46,325 nt of DNA. It comes from a virus. Position 1 is the stretch's first letter. Every line of letters begins with the position of its first letter. The notes under the pieces are model-generated. The model was not told the DNA's origin, did not search any database, and was given only the letters and a program-made list of their open reading frames with translations. The DNA is taken from IMG/VR virus record IMGVR_UViG_3300045988_046749. One strand, written 5' to 3'. This document shows, one piece after another, positions 1 through 10,504 of this stretch. The translations under genes were made by a program, and so were the position numbers.

Positions 1-134
1 GAACGGTAACTGATGGTGATTATCGGAATGGATTCTATCAGTACATGAACGAGAACAAGGATAATGTGTTCAAGATTACCAGTGTAGGCGGTCCATATAC
101 ACTAATTCCACATTTTGAGATTTTAGGTAAGTGA
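1..134 (+). CDS. 3' part of a head-tail joining/minor structural protein gene that begins at 45943 and wraps across the contig junction
   Basis: Frame continues from 45943..46270 into 1..134 (462 nt, 153 aa) ending ...YTLIPHFEILGK*. Confidence 0.85.
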   Translation, partial: TVTDGDYRNGFYQYMNENKDNVFKITSVGGPYTLIPHFEILGK

Positions 135-135
135 T

Positions 136-627
136 ATGAGTAAAATTCATCATTTTAAAGGATTCTCCGTAGTCGATGGAGATATGAAAATCAAGCTGAA
201 TATGGACAGGTTCTCCAGACAGTATCAAGAAGCTCAGTACCTCCTTGACGGAATGGTTATGGACAGTATGGTTTCATTTATGCCGATGATTACAGGGGAC
301 TTCATTAACCGAACAAGAATTGAGAGCACATCCTTGCAAGGAACTGGGAAAGTATGTGCTGCGGCAGCTCCTTATGGGCGTTTTCTGTATGAGGGAAAAG
401 GAATGGTTGACGAAGTAACCGGAAGTCCCTACGCAAGACGTGGAGCAAAGAAAGTTCTCGTTAGTCAGTTTTCTGGTCGGACAGCCGCAAAAGAAAATCT
501 TGAATACACCAAACAGGCTCACCCACAGGCACAGGCAAAGTGGTTCGATGCTGCTAAACGACAATACGGTGACACATGGATTCGCAAAGTAAAAGCACAG
601 GCAGGAGGTGGCAGACATGGCAGATAA
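136..627 (+). CDS. Minor capsid/head-tail joining protein (HK97-gp10-like position)
   Basis: 163 aa ORF directly after the neck protein and before the major tail protein. Confidence 0.7.
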   Translation: MSKIHHFKGFSVVDGDMKIKLNMDRFSRQYQEAQYLLDGMVMDSMVSFMPMITGDFINRTRIESTSLQGTGKVCAAAAPYGRFLYEGKGMVDEVTGSPYARRGAKKVLVSQFSGRTAAKENLEYTKQAHPQAQAKWFDAAKRQYGDTWIRKVKAQAGGGRHGR

Positions 628-1117
628 GCCTATCGGAAAAGATGCAACCGGATACGAGATTCTGACAGATGCCATGAAAGCACTTCTGAACCAGTATCCG
701 GGACTGTATAAAAATGAAACAATCAAATTTGAGGAACTTGGCAAGGAATCAGGAATTGCTTTCTCAGCAGATAACGGGGCGCTGATCTATTCGGAAAAAG
801 AAGATGTTTGCGGTGTGATGCATCAGGTATGCCAGTATCCATTTTATGTAGTATATCGCACGGAATCCGACAAGGAAAGGCAGAAGTTATCTGTTCAGAA
901 GTTCCTTGACAATCTCGGTAAATGGATATGCCGAGAACCAGTTATCATAAATGGCTCTGAGACACGTTTGAATGCGTTTCCAGAGCTTTCACAGGGGCGA
1001 GTTATAAAACGTATCACGCGCGATAACTCCTATGGTTTAGAGCCTCAGGAGAGTGGCGTACAGGATTGGCTATTGCCATTATCAGTACGCTACGAAAACA
1101 CTTATGAAGTAATATAA
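617..1117 (+). CDS. Minor capsid / tail terminator-like protein
   Basis: ORF with GGAGG 8 nt before ATG at 617; syntenic position. Confidence 0.65.
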   Translation: MADKPIGKDATGYEILTDAMKALLNQYPGLYKNETIKFEELGKESGIAFSADNGALIYSEKEDVCGVMHQVCQYPFYVVYRTESDKERQKLSVQKFLDNLGKWICREPVIINGSETRLNAFPELSQGRVIKRITRDNSYGLEPQESGVQDWLLPLSVRYENTYEVI

Positions 1118-1198
1118 AAAGTAACAACCGGCTATCAATTGGAGATAGTCGCTAACCTACACAGCCTTTTAAAAGTTATAGGCAGAAAGGACATTTCT

Positions 1199-1699
1199 AT
1201 GGCAGTTACAGGCAAAATTGACCGTAAATATATGGCTCATTATATCGATGCAGGTTCCCTCTGTGGAGGACTGACACCGAAGTATGAGCGTCTTGGAAAG
1301 GATCTGGAAGAATACAATGTAGACCTCAATCCAGATACTGAAACTTCTAAAAACATTCTCGGAGAATCCACGTTTAAACATAATGGCTACGAAGCTTCTT
1401 CTGACGCTGATCCGTTCTATGCAGACACTACTTCTGATCTGTTTACAGCATTGCAGAAGATTGTAGATGGACGTCTCAAAGACGACAACCTCAAAACAAA
1501 AGCAGTTGAAGTTCATCTCTGGACAGAAGCCACGGCAGGCAAGTATGAAGCATACCAGCAGGACTGCTACGTTGTACCGACCTCCTACGGCGGTGATACA
1601 TCCGGCTATCAGATTCCGTTTACTGTGAACTACGTTGGTGAGCGTGTAAAAGGAAAATTTGATATCAGTTCCGGTACATTCACAGCCGACAGTGAATAA
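1199..1699 (+). CDS. Major tail protein
   Basis: 166 aa MAVTGKIDRKYMAHYIDAGS..., upstream of chaperone-like genes and the tape measure. Confidence 0.75.
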   Translation: MAVTGKIDRKYMAHYIDAGSLCGGLTPKYERLGKDLEEYNVDLNPDTETSKNILGESTFKHNGYEASSDADPFYADTTSDLFTALQKIVDGRLKDDNLKTKAVEVHLWTEATAGKYEAYQQDCYVVPTSYGGDTSGYQIPFTVNYVGERVKGKFDISSGTFTADSE

Positions 1700-1725
1700 A
1701 CACATATACAAGGAGGACATGCTAA

Positions 1726-2151
1726 ATGGCAAAAATAATTAACACCAAAATTGATGATGGAATTCTCATTTTTACATTCACAAATAACAAAGACGAAGTT
1801 TTTTCCTCTTTCAAACTGAACCCGACGGATATCAATGTAGCAGCACGCGCAGAGGAACTGACAGAATATTTTGAACAATTCAAAGATTCTATTCAGAAAG
1901 TTACTTCCGGAAAAGAAATGGCAGAGTTAAATAAACAGCTCGAAGATAAGATCAACTATCTGCTTGGCTACGAAGCATCAAAAGACCTGTTTAAAGAACC
2001 AATTACCGCAACAACTGTATTCGGTAATGGCCAGGTATTTGCTTATATCGTTCTGGACAAGATCGCAGAAGCAATCGCACCGGAAATTGAAAAGAGAAAA
2101 AAGAAAATGCAGGCAGCAGTTAACAAGTATACGGAGAAATATGAAAAATGA
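1726..2151 (+). CDS. Tail assembly chaperone-like protein
   Basis: 141 aa ORF between major tail protein and Gp15-like/tape measure genes. Confidence 0.6.
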   Translation: MAKIINTKIDDGILIFTFTNNKDEVFSSFKLNPTDINVAARAEELTEYFEQFKDSIQKVTSGKEMAELNKQLEDKINYLLGYEASKDLFKEPITATTVFGNGQVFAYIVLDKIAEAIAPEIEKRKKKMQAAVNKYTEKYEK

Positions 2152-2720
2152 CCGCCTATGAGCTTCCCACCTCACTGAACATAAGTGGGGTGGATTTTTC
2201 TATCAGAACGGATTTTCGAGCAATCATTGATATTCTCATTGCGCAGAATGATCCAGAGTTAGACGAACAGGCAAAAGCAGTTGTTATGTTGCAGATTCTG
2301 TTCGAGGATTGGCAAAGCATACCCTCAGAACATCTTGTAGAAGCTTGTCGGAAAGCTTGCGAGTTTATTGACTGTGGTCAAGTTGACGATAGTCCGAATA
2401 AACCCAAACCTCGCTTGATGGACTGGAAACAAGACGGAGATATGATCGTTCCGGCTGTAAACAAGGTTGCTGGTAAAGAAATCAGAGCCGTTCCATACAT
2501 GCACTGGTGGACGTTCTTTGGATACTTTATGGAATCCGGTGAATGCCTTTTTAATACAGTGGTTGGGATCCGTTCTAAAAAGGCGAAGGGCGAAAAGCTC
2601 GATAAATGGGAAAAGAAATTCTATCAAGAGAACAAGAACATTATTGATATAAAAACACGTCTCAGCGATGAGGAGCAAGCTTATAAAGATAAGCTGAATG
2701 AGATGTTGAACCTCAAATAG
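2148..2720 (+). CDS. Bacteriophage Gp15-like protein (tail assembly)
   Basis: Characteristic ...TDFRAIIDILIAQNDPELDEQAKAVVMLQILFEDW...; ATGA overlap with upstream gene. Confidence 0.7.
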   Translation: MTAYELPTSLNISGVDFSIRTDFRAIIDILIAQNDPELDEQAKAVVMLQILFEDWQSIPSEHLVEACRKACEFIDCGQVDDSPNKPKPRLMDWKQDGDMIVPAVNKVAGKEIRAVPYMHWWTFFGYFMESGECLFNTVVGIRSKKAKGEKLDKWEKKFYQENKNIIDIKTRLSDEEQAYKDKLNEMLNLK

Positions 2721-2735
2721 TTAGGAGGTGGACAC

Positions 2736-5717
2736 ATGGCTGCTGATGGCTCAATTATTATTGATACCAAGCTTGATACATCTGGAATTGATAATGGAGT
2801 ATCAAGGATTAAACAGTCATTTAACAGCCTTGGTAGTGCTGTAAAAAAAATCGGTCTACTGATTGGTGGGGCTTTTGCAGTTGGTAAGTTAGTACAGTTT
2901 GGAAAAGAGTGCGTTGCCCTTGGTTCCGACCTCGCAGAAGTTCAGAATGTGGTCGATGTTACATTTACCACCATGTCGGATAAGGTCAATGAATTTGCAA
3001 AGAATGCAATGGTCTCAGCCGGACTGTCAGAGACAATGGCAAAAAGGTATGTTGGTACGTTCGGAGCAATGTCTAAGTCATTCGGATTCTCAGAGGCACA
3101 GGCTTATGATATGTCAACGGCTCTGACACAGCTTACTGGTGACGTAGCATCATTTTACAATATCAGTCAAGACTTGGCTTATATCAAGCTAAAATCAGTG
3201 TTTACGGGCGAAACAGAAACGCTCAAAGACCTCGGCGTGGTAATGACCCAGTCGGCACTTGACCAATACGCACTTGCAAACGGCTATGGCAAAACCACAT
3301 CTGCCATGACCGAACAGGAGAAAGTTGCTCTCCGATTGGCTTTTGTGCAGAAACAGTTATCAGCCGCATCTGGAGACTTCATTCGTACTTCTGACAGCTG
3401 GGCGAACCAGGTGCGAGTGATGCAGTTGCAGTTGCAGTCTCTCAAGGCAACAGTCGGACAGGGATTAATTAATATTTTCACACCTGTTCTGAAAATAATC
3501 AATATTTTACTTGGTAAACTGGCAACTCTGGCGAATGCTTTCAAAAGCTTCACAGAGCTTATCACTGGAAAGAAATCTTCTGGTCAGATAAGTGGAAGTG
3601 GAGCAGGTCTTGCAGGAACAGACGTGATTGCAGATACAGCAGATCAGTATGGACAGGCTGCGGATAATGCAGAGAAATTGGCAGATGCCAATAAAGATAA
3701 TGCAACAGCTACGAAAAAAGCAAATAAAGAAACAAAAAATTATCTTTCTTCATTGGACGAAATACACAAAGCCACATCTACAGGTAGCAACTCATCGTCC
3801 ACGCTATCTCCATCTGGCGGAAGTGGTGGAGCGTCTGGAGGATTATCTGGAGCAGTAAACAATGTGGATTATGGCAGTTTAGCAGAGGGAGAGACAAAAC
3901 TTGATAAAATCAGCGATTCTGCTAAGAAGCTTGCAGATACGCTAAAAAAACTTTGGGAGCCATTTCAAGAAGCTTGGAAAAAAGAGGGAAAAGCCACTAT
4001 AACGGCGGCGAAGACGGCATTTTCGAGTTTGGGAAGTTTAATTGCAAGTATTGGAAGCAGTTTCGCCACAGTATGGACGAATGGAAGCGGTGAAAAGTCA
4101 TTAACTACGACTTTAAAGATTGTGCAGAATCTATTCAATACTATTGGAAATTTGGCACAGGCATTTAAAACTGCGTGGGAATATGCTGGAACTGGGACAA
4201 GTATTATTCAAAATATATTTGATATTGGAAATAGCATTCTAGGAACTATTGAAAGAATAACAGGTGCGACAGCAGATTGGGCTAAAACCCTTGATTTTAC
4301 ACCACTATTAACATCAATCAATACGCTCCTACAAAATTTACAGCCACTAACAGATAACATAGGAACCGGGCTTGAATGGTTCTGGAATAACGTTCTTTTG
4401 CCAATTGGATCCTGGACAATCCAAGATGCAGTGCCGACATTTCTACAAATGCTATCAAGTGGGATTACTGTTGTAAATTCAGTTATTGAAGCTCTTCAAC
4501 CTTTGGGTGGCTGGCTATGGGACAATTTTTTGCAGCCATTAGGCCAGTGGACGGGTGATCTCGTCATTACTGCCATGCAGACTTTATCTGATTTACTGGA
4601 TAGGTTTAGCACATGGATCCAGAACAATCAAGAACTTGTTCAGAACGTTACAATTGTGATTGGTAGTTTTTTCGCAGCGTTTGAACTTCACAGCATTATT
4701 AGCGGTGCAGTGACAGCGGTAACGAATTTTGTTGGACTGATTACTGGAGGCGGTGGATTGCTAGGGGCACTAAGTTCTGTTGTTGCTGCCCTAGGTGGTC
4801 CTGTAACAATTGCAATTGGTGCGGTAATTGCCGCTGGAGTGCTTCTGTGGCGAAATTGGGACAGTGTAAAAGAAGCTGCCAGTAAATTAAAAAAATGGGT
4901 TGTTGACAAAACAGTAGCACTGAAAAATGAGGCAGTGGAAGCATTCGAAAAGCTAAAAACAAATGCTGGAAATGCTCTTAAAGCGCTTCGCGATGACGTA
5001 AAACAAAAATGGGAAACGATTAAGTCTAAATTTTCATCTTTTTCGACTTGGTTGAGTGGTGTCTTTAATACGGATTGGACGGAGCAATTCGGTATATTTG
5101 GCGGCGTTTTAAACGGATTTTTCAAATCTGCAAAGGATGTGATTAAAGATGTTAAAGAAATATTTAAAGGGTTAAATACATTTGTCAGCGGCGTTTTTTC
5201 GGGGGACTGGTCTAAAGCCTGGGAAGGTATAAAAACTATTTTTTCAAACGTATTTAGTGGGTTGGCAGACATTGCAAAAACTCCAATTAATGCAATAATA
5301 GGAGGATTTAATAGTGTTCTGGGAGTTGTAAATGGACTAATTAGCAAACTCAACAACCTTAAATTTAGAATAACAGTGCCAAACTGGATTCCCGGAATCG
5401 GAGGCTCCTGGTGGGGCTTTAACGGCTTTAGCATTCCAACAATAGGGACGATTCCAATGCTTGCAAGTGGTGCGGTTATCCCACCTAGATCAGAGTTTCT
5501 TGCAGTCCTTGGAGACCAGAAAAATGGTCGCAACTTGGAAGCACCAGAAGACCTGTTAAGACAGATCGTAAGAGAGGAAACCGGCGGAAATCAGGGTGGT
5601 GGTGGAAATTACAGATTTACAGCGCAGTTGAACCGCAGAACGATATTTGATGAGATGATTGACGAAGCAAAGTTAAGGCGTGATGCAAGCGGTACGAATC
5701 CGTTTGAGCTGGCATAG
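2736..5717 (+). CDS. Tail tape measure protein
   Basis: 993 aa, helical/hydrophobic segments, TIGR01760-like N-terminus, longest ORF of the tail assembly module. Confidence 0.92.
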   Translation: MAADGSIIIDTKLDTSGIDNGVSRIKQSFNSLGSAVKKIGLLIGGAFAVGKLVQFGKECVALGSDLAEVQNVVDVTFTTMSDKVNEFAKNAMVSAGLSETMAKRYVGTFGAMSKSFGFSEAQAYDMSTALTQLTGDVASFYNISQDLAYIKLKSVFTGETETLKDLGVVMTQSALDQYALANGYGKTTSAMTEQEKVALRLAFVQKQLSAASGDFIRTSDSWANQVRVMQLQLQSLKATVGQGLINIFTPVLKIINILLGKLATLANAFKSFTELITGKKSSGQISGSGAGLAGTDVIADTADQYGQAADNAEKLADANKDNATATKKANKETKNYLSSLDEIHKATSTGSNSSSTLSPSGGSGGASGGLSGAVNNVDYGSLAEGETKLDKISDSAKKLADTLKKLWEPFQEAWKKEGKATITAAKTAFSSLGSLIASIGSSFATVWTNGSGEKSLTTTLKIVQNLFNTIGNLAQAFKTAWEYAGTGTSIIQNIFDIGNSILGTIERITGATADWAKTLDFTPLLTSINTLLQNLQPLTDNIGTGLEWFWNNVLLPIGSWTIQDAVPTFLQMLSSGITVVNSVIEALQPLGGWLWDNFLQPLGQWTGDLVITAMQTLSDLLDRFSTWIQNNQELVQNVTIVIGSFFAAFELHSIISGAVTAVTNFVGLITGGGGLLGALSSVVAALGGPVTIAIGAVIAAGVLLWRNWDSVKEAASKLKKWVVDKTVALKNEAVEAFEKLKTNAGNALKALRDDVKQKWETIKSKFSSFSTWLSGVFNTDWTEQFGIFGGVLNGFFKSAKDVIKDVKEIFKGLNTFVSGVFSGDWSKAWEGIKTIFSNVFSGLADIAKTPINAIIGGFNSVLGVVNGLISKLNNLKFRITVPNWIPGIGGSWWGFNGFSIPTIGTIPMLASGAVIPPRSEFLAVLGDQKNGRNLEAPEDLLRQIVREETGGNQGGGGNYRFTAQLNRRTIFDEMIDEAKLRRDASGTNPFELA

Positions 5718-5729
5718 GGGGGTGAGAAC

Positions 5730-6125
5730 ATGGCATTTTCGATAAGCAAATCAATAACTGATAGATACAAGATAAATGGGCTTCTCATCCCTCAGCCAGA
5801 TGAGGACATGCAGTGTAATTTTGAGACCACCTATTCAGAAGGAAGTAACCGAACTCAAAAAGGAGTTGCGCTAATAACTCCACTTTTTACAGTTATGCAA
5901 TATAGCTATAAAGCCACCAATGTGCCAGTTGATGAGAAATCAACTAATCTGGTAAATGCAATTATTAAAGGAAAGCCATTCATTTTACATCACTGGTTAG
6001 CACACAAAAATGAATGGCGTTCAGAAAAGTTTTACGTGGGAAAAATGAATTACAACATAAAACAAGTTGGGGAATACTATTCCGAAATATCATTTAATAT
6101 GCAGGGGGTGAATCCACTTGATTAA
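5730..6125 (+). CDS. Distal tail (Dit)-like protein
   Basis: 131 aa ORF between tape measure and tail-associated protein. Confidence 0.65.
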   Translation: MAFSISKSITDRYKINGLLIPQPDEDMQCNFETTYSEGSNRTQKGVALITPLFTVMQYSYKATNVPVDEKSTNLVNAIIKGKPFILHHWLAHKNEWRSEKFYVGKMNYNIKQVGEYYSEISFNMQGVNPLD

Positions 6126-9100
6126 TGTATCAAACACTTTTAAAGAAAAGTTGCAAGATGGTGAGCAAGTAATTGAAATCGTGGAGATCGCCTTTTCTGA
6201 CGGAACGAAAAAGACACTTGAAAACGAGATTATGATCGGCAACAATGAATTTTCTGATTGTGCGGAGAGCAGCAGCTTCCCGGTCGGCGCTACAGTTTGC
6301 AAAACAATGAAGCTTGAACTGGACAATACAGAGGATCAGTGGAAAGATTATAATTTCTATCAAGCTAAAGTACATGCCTATTTGAAGCTCCAGACTTCCG
6401 TAGCAGAACCAGCCAGTGAATCAATTTGGATGGATGATTTTTACGAGCCAATTCTTGATACTGATGGAAACAGCATAGTTCTGTCCAGAGCCGCGTCGGA
6501 AGACCGATACGAGACGATTGATAAGGGCGTCTATACAATTACCACGCCAGAGCAATACGGTGAAATATTGAGCTTTACGGCGCTTGATGATATGTACAAG
6601 ACAAATGCTAAATATTATAGCGCTTTGACGCTTCCACAGCCGATTATGGCGCTGGTAAGAGACGCTTGCGAGAGTTTGAATATCCCTATGGGGGTTTCAT
6701 CTATGGCGCATGGAAATGTAGTTGTCACAGCGCTCCCTGACAATATGACATTCCGTCAGCTGATCGGATGGGCGGCAATGTTGGAGACAGCAAACGCCAG
6801 AATTGACAATAGAGGGTATTTGCAATTTATAAAATGGAATTTTGGAGCTGTTGAAAACGGCTCCTTAGTTCCAATTAAATTAGAGGATTATGTGAATAGT
6901 CCAACTCTTTCCAGTGGTGATATTGTAATTACTGGAATCAGAGTAAAAAACAAAGAATCAGAATCCCTGTTTGGAACTGCTGGATATGTGCTGGAGTTAG
7001 AAAACAATCTTCTGTCTGACAGTGACCTTGGAACTGTAGCGGCATGGATTGGCGGTAATATGATCGGGGCCAGATTCCGAAATCTGCAAGGGGATCTGAT
7101 TTATAATCCTCTGTTAGAGTTTGGCGACATGGCATATAGCTTTGATCGGAACGGAAATAAATATCTTACACCGATTACTGATGTATCATCTCCGTTAAAT
7201 GGCATTACCACTGTAAAAACACAGGCAGATGATCCTATTCGGAACAGCAGTGCATATATGTCAGCAGCTACAAAAGCACTGGTAGAAGCAAGACAACTTG
7301 TTAAGGACGAGCGCACAGAGCGCGAAAAAGCCGTTGAAAGGCTTAATAATACACTGAAAACTTCTGGTGGTTTATACATGACTGTAGAGCCACAGGATGA
7401 TGGTAGCAATATCTATTATGCACATAATAAGCCTACACTGGAAGAATCTGATATTGTATGGAAGTTTACGGCAGAAGCAATCGGCATTTCCATGGATGGA
7501 GGAAAGACATATCCTTATGGATTAAATATTAATGGAGAGCTTATTGCAAGGCTTCTGTATGCAGAGGGAATCAATGCAAGTTATATTAATGCCGGTGCGT
7601 TAGTTGTTCGTGACGCAAATGGGAAGGTTATCTTCTCAGCCGATATTGATAATAACCAGATTGTTATTGACGGCGCATCTGTGCGAATCGGTGCATCGCC
7701 TTTGGATGGACTGTTAAGCAGCATGCAGGGGCAGATTGATGGGAATATAAACACCTGGACAGGAACCTCAGCGCCTACATTGAGCAATTATCCAGCTAAC
7801 GAATGGCTGGACGACACCGAAATGAGCAAGCATGTCGGAGATATTTACTATGATGGTAATAGCCATGCTTACCGATTTGTAAATGAGGGCAATGGGTATT
7901 ATTGGAAACAGTTGAAAGATACGGACGTTACAAAGGCACTGAAAGACTCTGAAGACGCATTAGCAGCGGCTAAACAGGCGCAGGAAGCGGCAGCTCTTGC
8001 CAAGAACATGACATTGCAGCTAAGCAATGAATACCAGGGCGTTTCTGTTGACTCTGATGGAAATTACGAAACGTTTCCGAGCAATGTGACTACACAAGCC
8101 GTCGTAATGTACGGAACGCAGGATATTACATCTGATTGTAAATTTACAATTATCAAATCAGATAGCGTAACAGGATCCTGGGACAATTCAACTAAGACAT
8201 ATACGGTAACAGCATTATCTGCTGACGATGGATGGGTAGATATTAAGGCAACGTATATCAGTGTTTTATCAGTAGTTAAAAGATTTTCGCTGGCTAAAAT
8301 TTACGCTGGCAAAAATGGTATAAACGGTGTTGACGGGCTCCAGGGACCGAAAGGAGATCAAGGCATACCGGGGCCACAAGGAGAAAAGGGGGAAGCCGGT
8401 CCGCAAGGCCCAAAAGGGGAACAAGGAATTGCCGGAACTCCCGGAGCAGACGGAAAGACCCCATATCTGCATATTAAATATGCTCCTGTCAAAAATCCAA
8501 CATCTTCGCAGCTTACTGAAACCCCAGATGTGTATATTGGTACATATACGGATTTTGAAATAAATGATAGTACGGATCCAAAAAAGTACACATGGGCGCA
8601 GTTTAAAGGAGATCAAGGTGTACAGGGACTGAAAGGCGAAGATGGAAAACCATCTTATACATGGATAAAATACGCCTCTATGCCAAACAGCGAAGATATG
8701 TCGGATAACCCCGATAGTGTTCCATGGATTGATACAGATGGGAATACAATATGTGATACGGCAGGAAATCCAATCTATCTGGAGCCGGAATATGTTGCGT
8801 ATATCGGAATTGCAAACAACAAAGATACGCCAATAGAAAGTGACAATCCAAAAGATTATACATGGACTCGATACAAAGGCGCTGATGGGGAAAACGGTTC
8901 TGATGGCAAGGATGGCATAAACGGAAAAGACGGAAAAACAAGTTATACACACATTGCTTACGCAAACAGTGCTGATGGAAAAACAGATTTCTCTGTGTCG
9001 GACAGTAATCGAAAATATATAGGCATGTATGTGGATTTTTCCGAACAGGACAGCACAAACCCAGATAGTTACGCATGGTCTCTGATCAAAGGTGCTGATG

Positions 9101-10500
9101 GCGCACAAGGTATTCCAGGAAAAGCAGGTGCGGACGGAAAGACACCATATCTCCATATAGCTTATGCGAACAGCGCTGACGGAAAAAATGGATTTGATAT
9201 AGTTGTTAGCTCTGGAAAACAATATATTGGACAGTATACTGATTATACACCAGGTGACAGCACTGACCCGACAAAGTATAGCTGGACGAAGATAAAAGGC
9301 GAACAGGGCGATAAAGGAGAGCAAGGTGTACCTGGTAGGACATATTTTATCGAGCTTTCATCCAATATCCTAAAGCGAGGTCAGAATGATAAGGTTTTAC
9401 CAAGTACAATTACGGCAAAAGCTTATTATCGAGATGGTGACAGCGCTGCAAGAACAGCATATTCTGGTAGATGGTATGTGCAGACTTCCACGGATGGCTC
9501 TACATTTACAAACGCATTGGTTTCAACTGTAAATGAGTCGAGTAAAAGTTATACTGTTAGCTCACTGGATAGAAGCGTTGTGTCTGTTAGATTTATTCTG
9601 TATGCTGCTGGCGGAACTACAAATCAGCTGGATATGCAATCTGTCCCTGTGGTGATAGATGTGGACGCACTTACCCACGAAGAGATATTTAATCTTCTTA
9701 CAAATAATGGTTCCATGAAAGGAATTTATAAAGAGGGCAACCAGTTATATATTTCGTTCACTTATGCAAAAGGCGGAGTATTGAAGCTTGGCGGTCCGAA
9801 TAATGGATATGGCACTTTTGAGGTGTACGACAAAGACGGAAATATTATTTGTAAAATAAATAACGAAGATGGCTTCAAAAACATAAAAGGAAGCGAATGG
9901 GCGCAGATAAAAGAATCTATATTTAGCGCTGGATTTGGAAACATAACTGATGGAATCCTTGATTTATCAGCGCAATATGAAAATAAAAGAAATGTTGTTT
10001 TGCAATCAATAACCGGTGATTTGATTCTTAAAGTAGCACAAAATTTTATGATTGAAGGAATGAAATCACTAACAGGTGGTAATCCAATGATGTTTAACCC
10101 ATCATATTTGTATGTTGGATATTCTTCATCATCCTCCATGCATTATAAAGTGCTTGGGAAAACCGTAAAAGAAGATGAACTGGAAGACCTATACAGAATC
10201 AAAGTAATCTGGGCGAAATACAAAGACGGGTATTTATCTGAACGAGATGAACGATATGGCAAAGAAATGCCAATGTTTATAGCTGAAGACATCGACCGAA
10301 GATTTCCAATCGCTGTTGACCATAATGAAAAAGGCAAAGCTGAGAACTGGAACTATCGTATTATGATTCCTTGTATGTTCGCTATGCTAAAAAATGAGCA
10401 TGAAAAAGTCAAAAATTTACAATCTGAGCTTGATTCCGTGAAAGCAGAATTAAATGAATTAAAGCAACTTATCAAACAACATATTTCAATGGAGGTATAA
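6118..10500 (+). CDS. Large tail-associated/tail fibre protein with collagen-like repeats and a C-terminal S74-like chaperone domain
   Basis: 1460 aa; GPKGDQGIPGPQGEKGEAGPQGPKGEQG repeats; repeated TPYLHIAYANS...YIGxYxDF modules; C-term YKVLGKTVKEDELEDLYRIKVIWAKYKDGYL...EDIDRRFPIAVDHNEKGKAENWNYRIMIPCMFAMLK. Confidence 0.85.
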   Translation: MINVSNTFKEKLQDGEQVIEIVEIAFSDGTKKTLENEIMIGNNEFSDCAESSSFPVGATVCKTMKLELDNTEDQWKDYNFYQAKVHAYLKLQTSVAEPASESIWMDDFYEPILDTDGNSIVLSRAASEDRYETIDKGVYTITTPEQYGEILSFTALDDMYKTNAKYYSALTLPQPIMALVRDACESLNIPMGVSSMAHGNVVVTALPDNMTFRQLIGWAAMLETANARIDNRGYLQFIKWNFGAVENGSLVPIKLEDYVNSPTLSSGDIVITGIRVKNKESESLFGTAGYVLELENNLLSDSDLGTVAAWIGGNMIGARFRNLQGDLIYNPLLEFGDMAYSFDRNGNKYLTPITDVSSPLNGITTVKTQADDPIRNSSAYMSAATKALVEARQLVKDERTEREKAVERLNNTLKTSGGLYMTVEPQDDGSNIYYAHNKPTLEESDIVWKFTAEAIGISMDGGKTYPYGLNINGELIARLLYAEGINASYINAGALVVRDANGKVIFSADIDNNQIVIDGASVRIGASPLDGLLSSMQGQIDGNINTWTGTSAPTLSNYPANEWLDDTEMSKHVGDIYYDGNSHAYRFVNEGNGYYWKQLKDTDVTKALKDSEDALAAAKQAQEAAALAKNMTLQLSNEYQGVSVDSDGNYETFPSNVTTQAVVMYGTQDITSDCKFTIIKSDSVTGSWDNSTKTYTVTALSADDGWVDIKATYISVLSVVKRFSLAKIYAGKNGINGVDGLQGPKGDQGIPGPQGEKGEAGPQGPKGEQGIAGTPGADGKTPYLHIKYAPVKNPTSSQLTETPDVYIGTYTDFEINDSTDPKKYTWAQFKGDQGVQGLKGEDGKPSYTWIKYASMPNSEDMSDNPDSVPWIDTDGNTICDTAGNPIYLEPEYVAYIGIANNKDTPIESDNPKDYTWTRYKGADGENGSDGKDGINGKDGKTSYTHIAYANSADGKTDFSVSDSNRKYIGMYVDFSEQDSTNPDSYAWSLIKGADGAQGIPGKAGADGKTPYLHIAYANSADGKNGFDIVVSSGKQYIGQYTDYTPGDSTDPTKYSWTKIKGEQGDKGEQGVPGRTYFIELSSNILKRGQNDKVLPSTITAKAYYRDGDSAARTAYSGRWYVQTSTDGSTFTNALVSTVNESSKSYTVSSLDRSVVSVRFILYAAGGTTNQLDMQSVPVVIDVDALTHEEIFNLLTNNGSMKGIYKEGNQLYISFTYAKGGVLKLGGPNNGYGTFEVYDKDGNIICKINNEDGFKNIKGSEWAQIKESIFSAGFGNITDGILDLSAQYENKRNVVLQSITGDLILKVAQNFMIEGMKSLTGGNPMMFNPSYLYVGYSSSSSMHYKVLGKTVKEDELEDLYRIKVIWAKYKDGYLSERDERYGKEMPMFIAEDIDRRFPIAVDHNEKGKAENWNYRIMIPCMFAMLKNEHEKVKNLQSELDSVKAELNELKQLIKQHISMEV

Positions 10501-10504
10501 GACT

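Noticed and set aside
2097-2121. A AAA AAG slippery heptamer (2097-2103) in frame of the tail chaperone-like gene, suggesting a -1 frameshift into the Gp15-like gene
   Set aside because: Heptamer phase is right, but the -1 frame hits TAA at 2121 before reaching 2148, so no G/GT-type fusion can form. The ATGA overlap is enough to explain coupling.
4688-5533. 281-aa minus-strand ORF inside the tape measure gene
   Set aside because: Shadow ORF opposite a well-supported 993-aa tape measure protein; no independent start signals.
7323-9320. CRISPR array or diversity-generating retroelement linked to the repetitive tail fibre
   Set aside because: Repeats are coding GxY/domain repeats without fixed-length repeat-spacer structure. 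No reverse transcriptase ORF and no template/variable repeat pair seen.
8269-9324. 351-aa minus-strand ORF inside the tail fibre gene
   Set aside because: Antisense shadow of the repetitive collagen-like plus-strand coding region; Ser/Ile/Cys-rich composition, no SD, and the plus ORF is clearly real.
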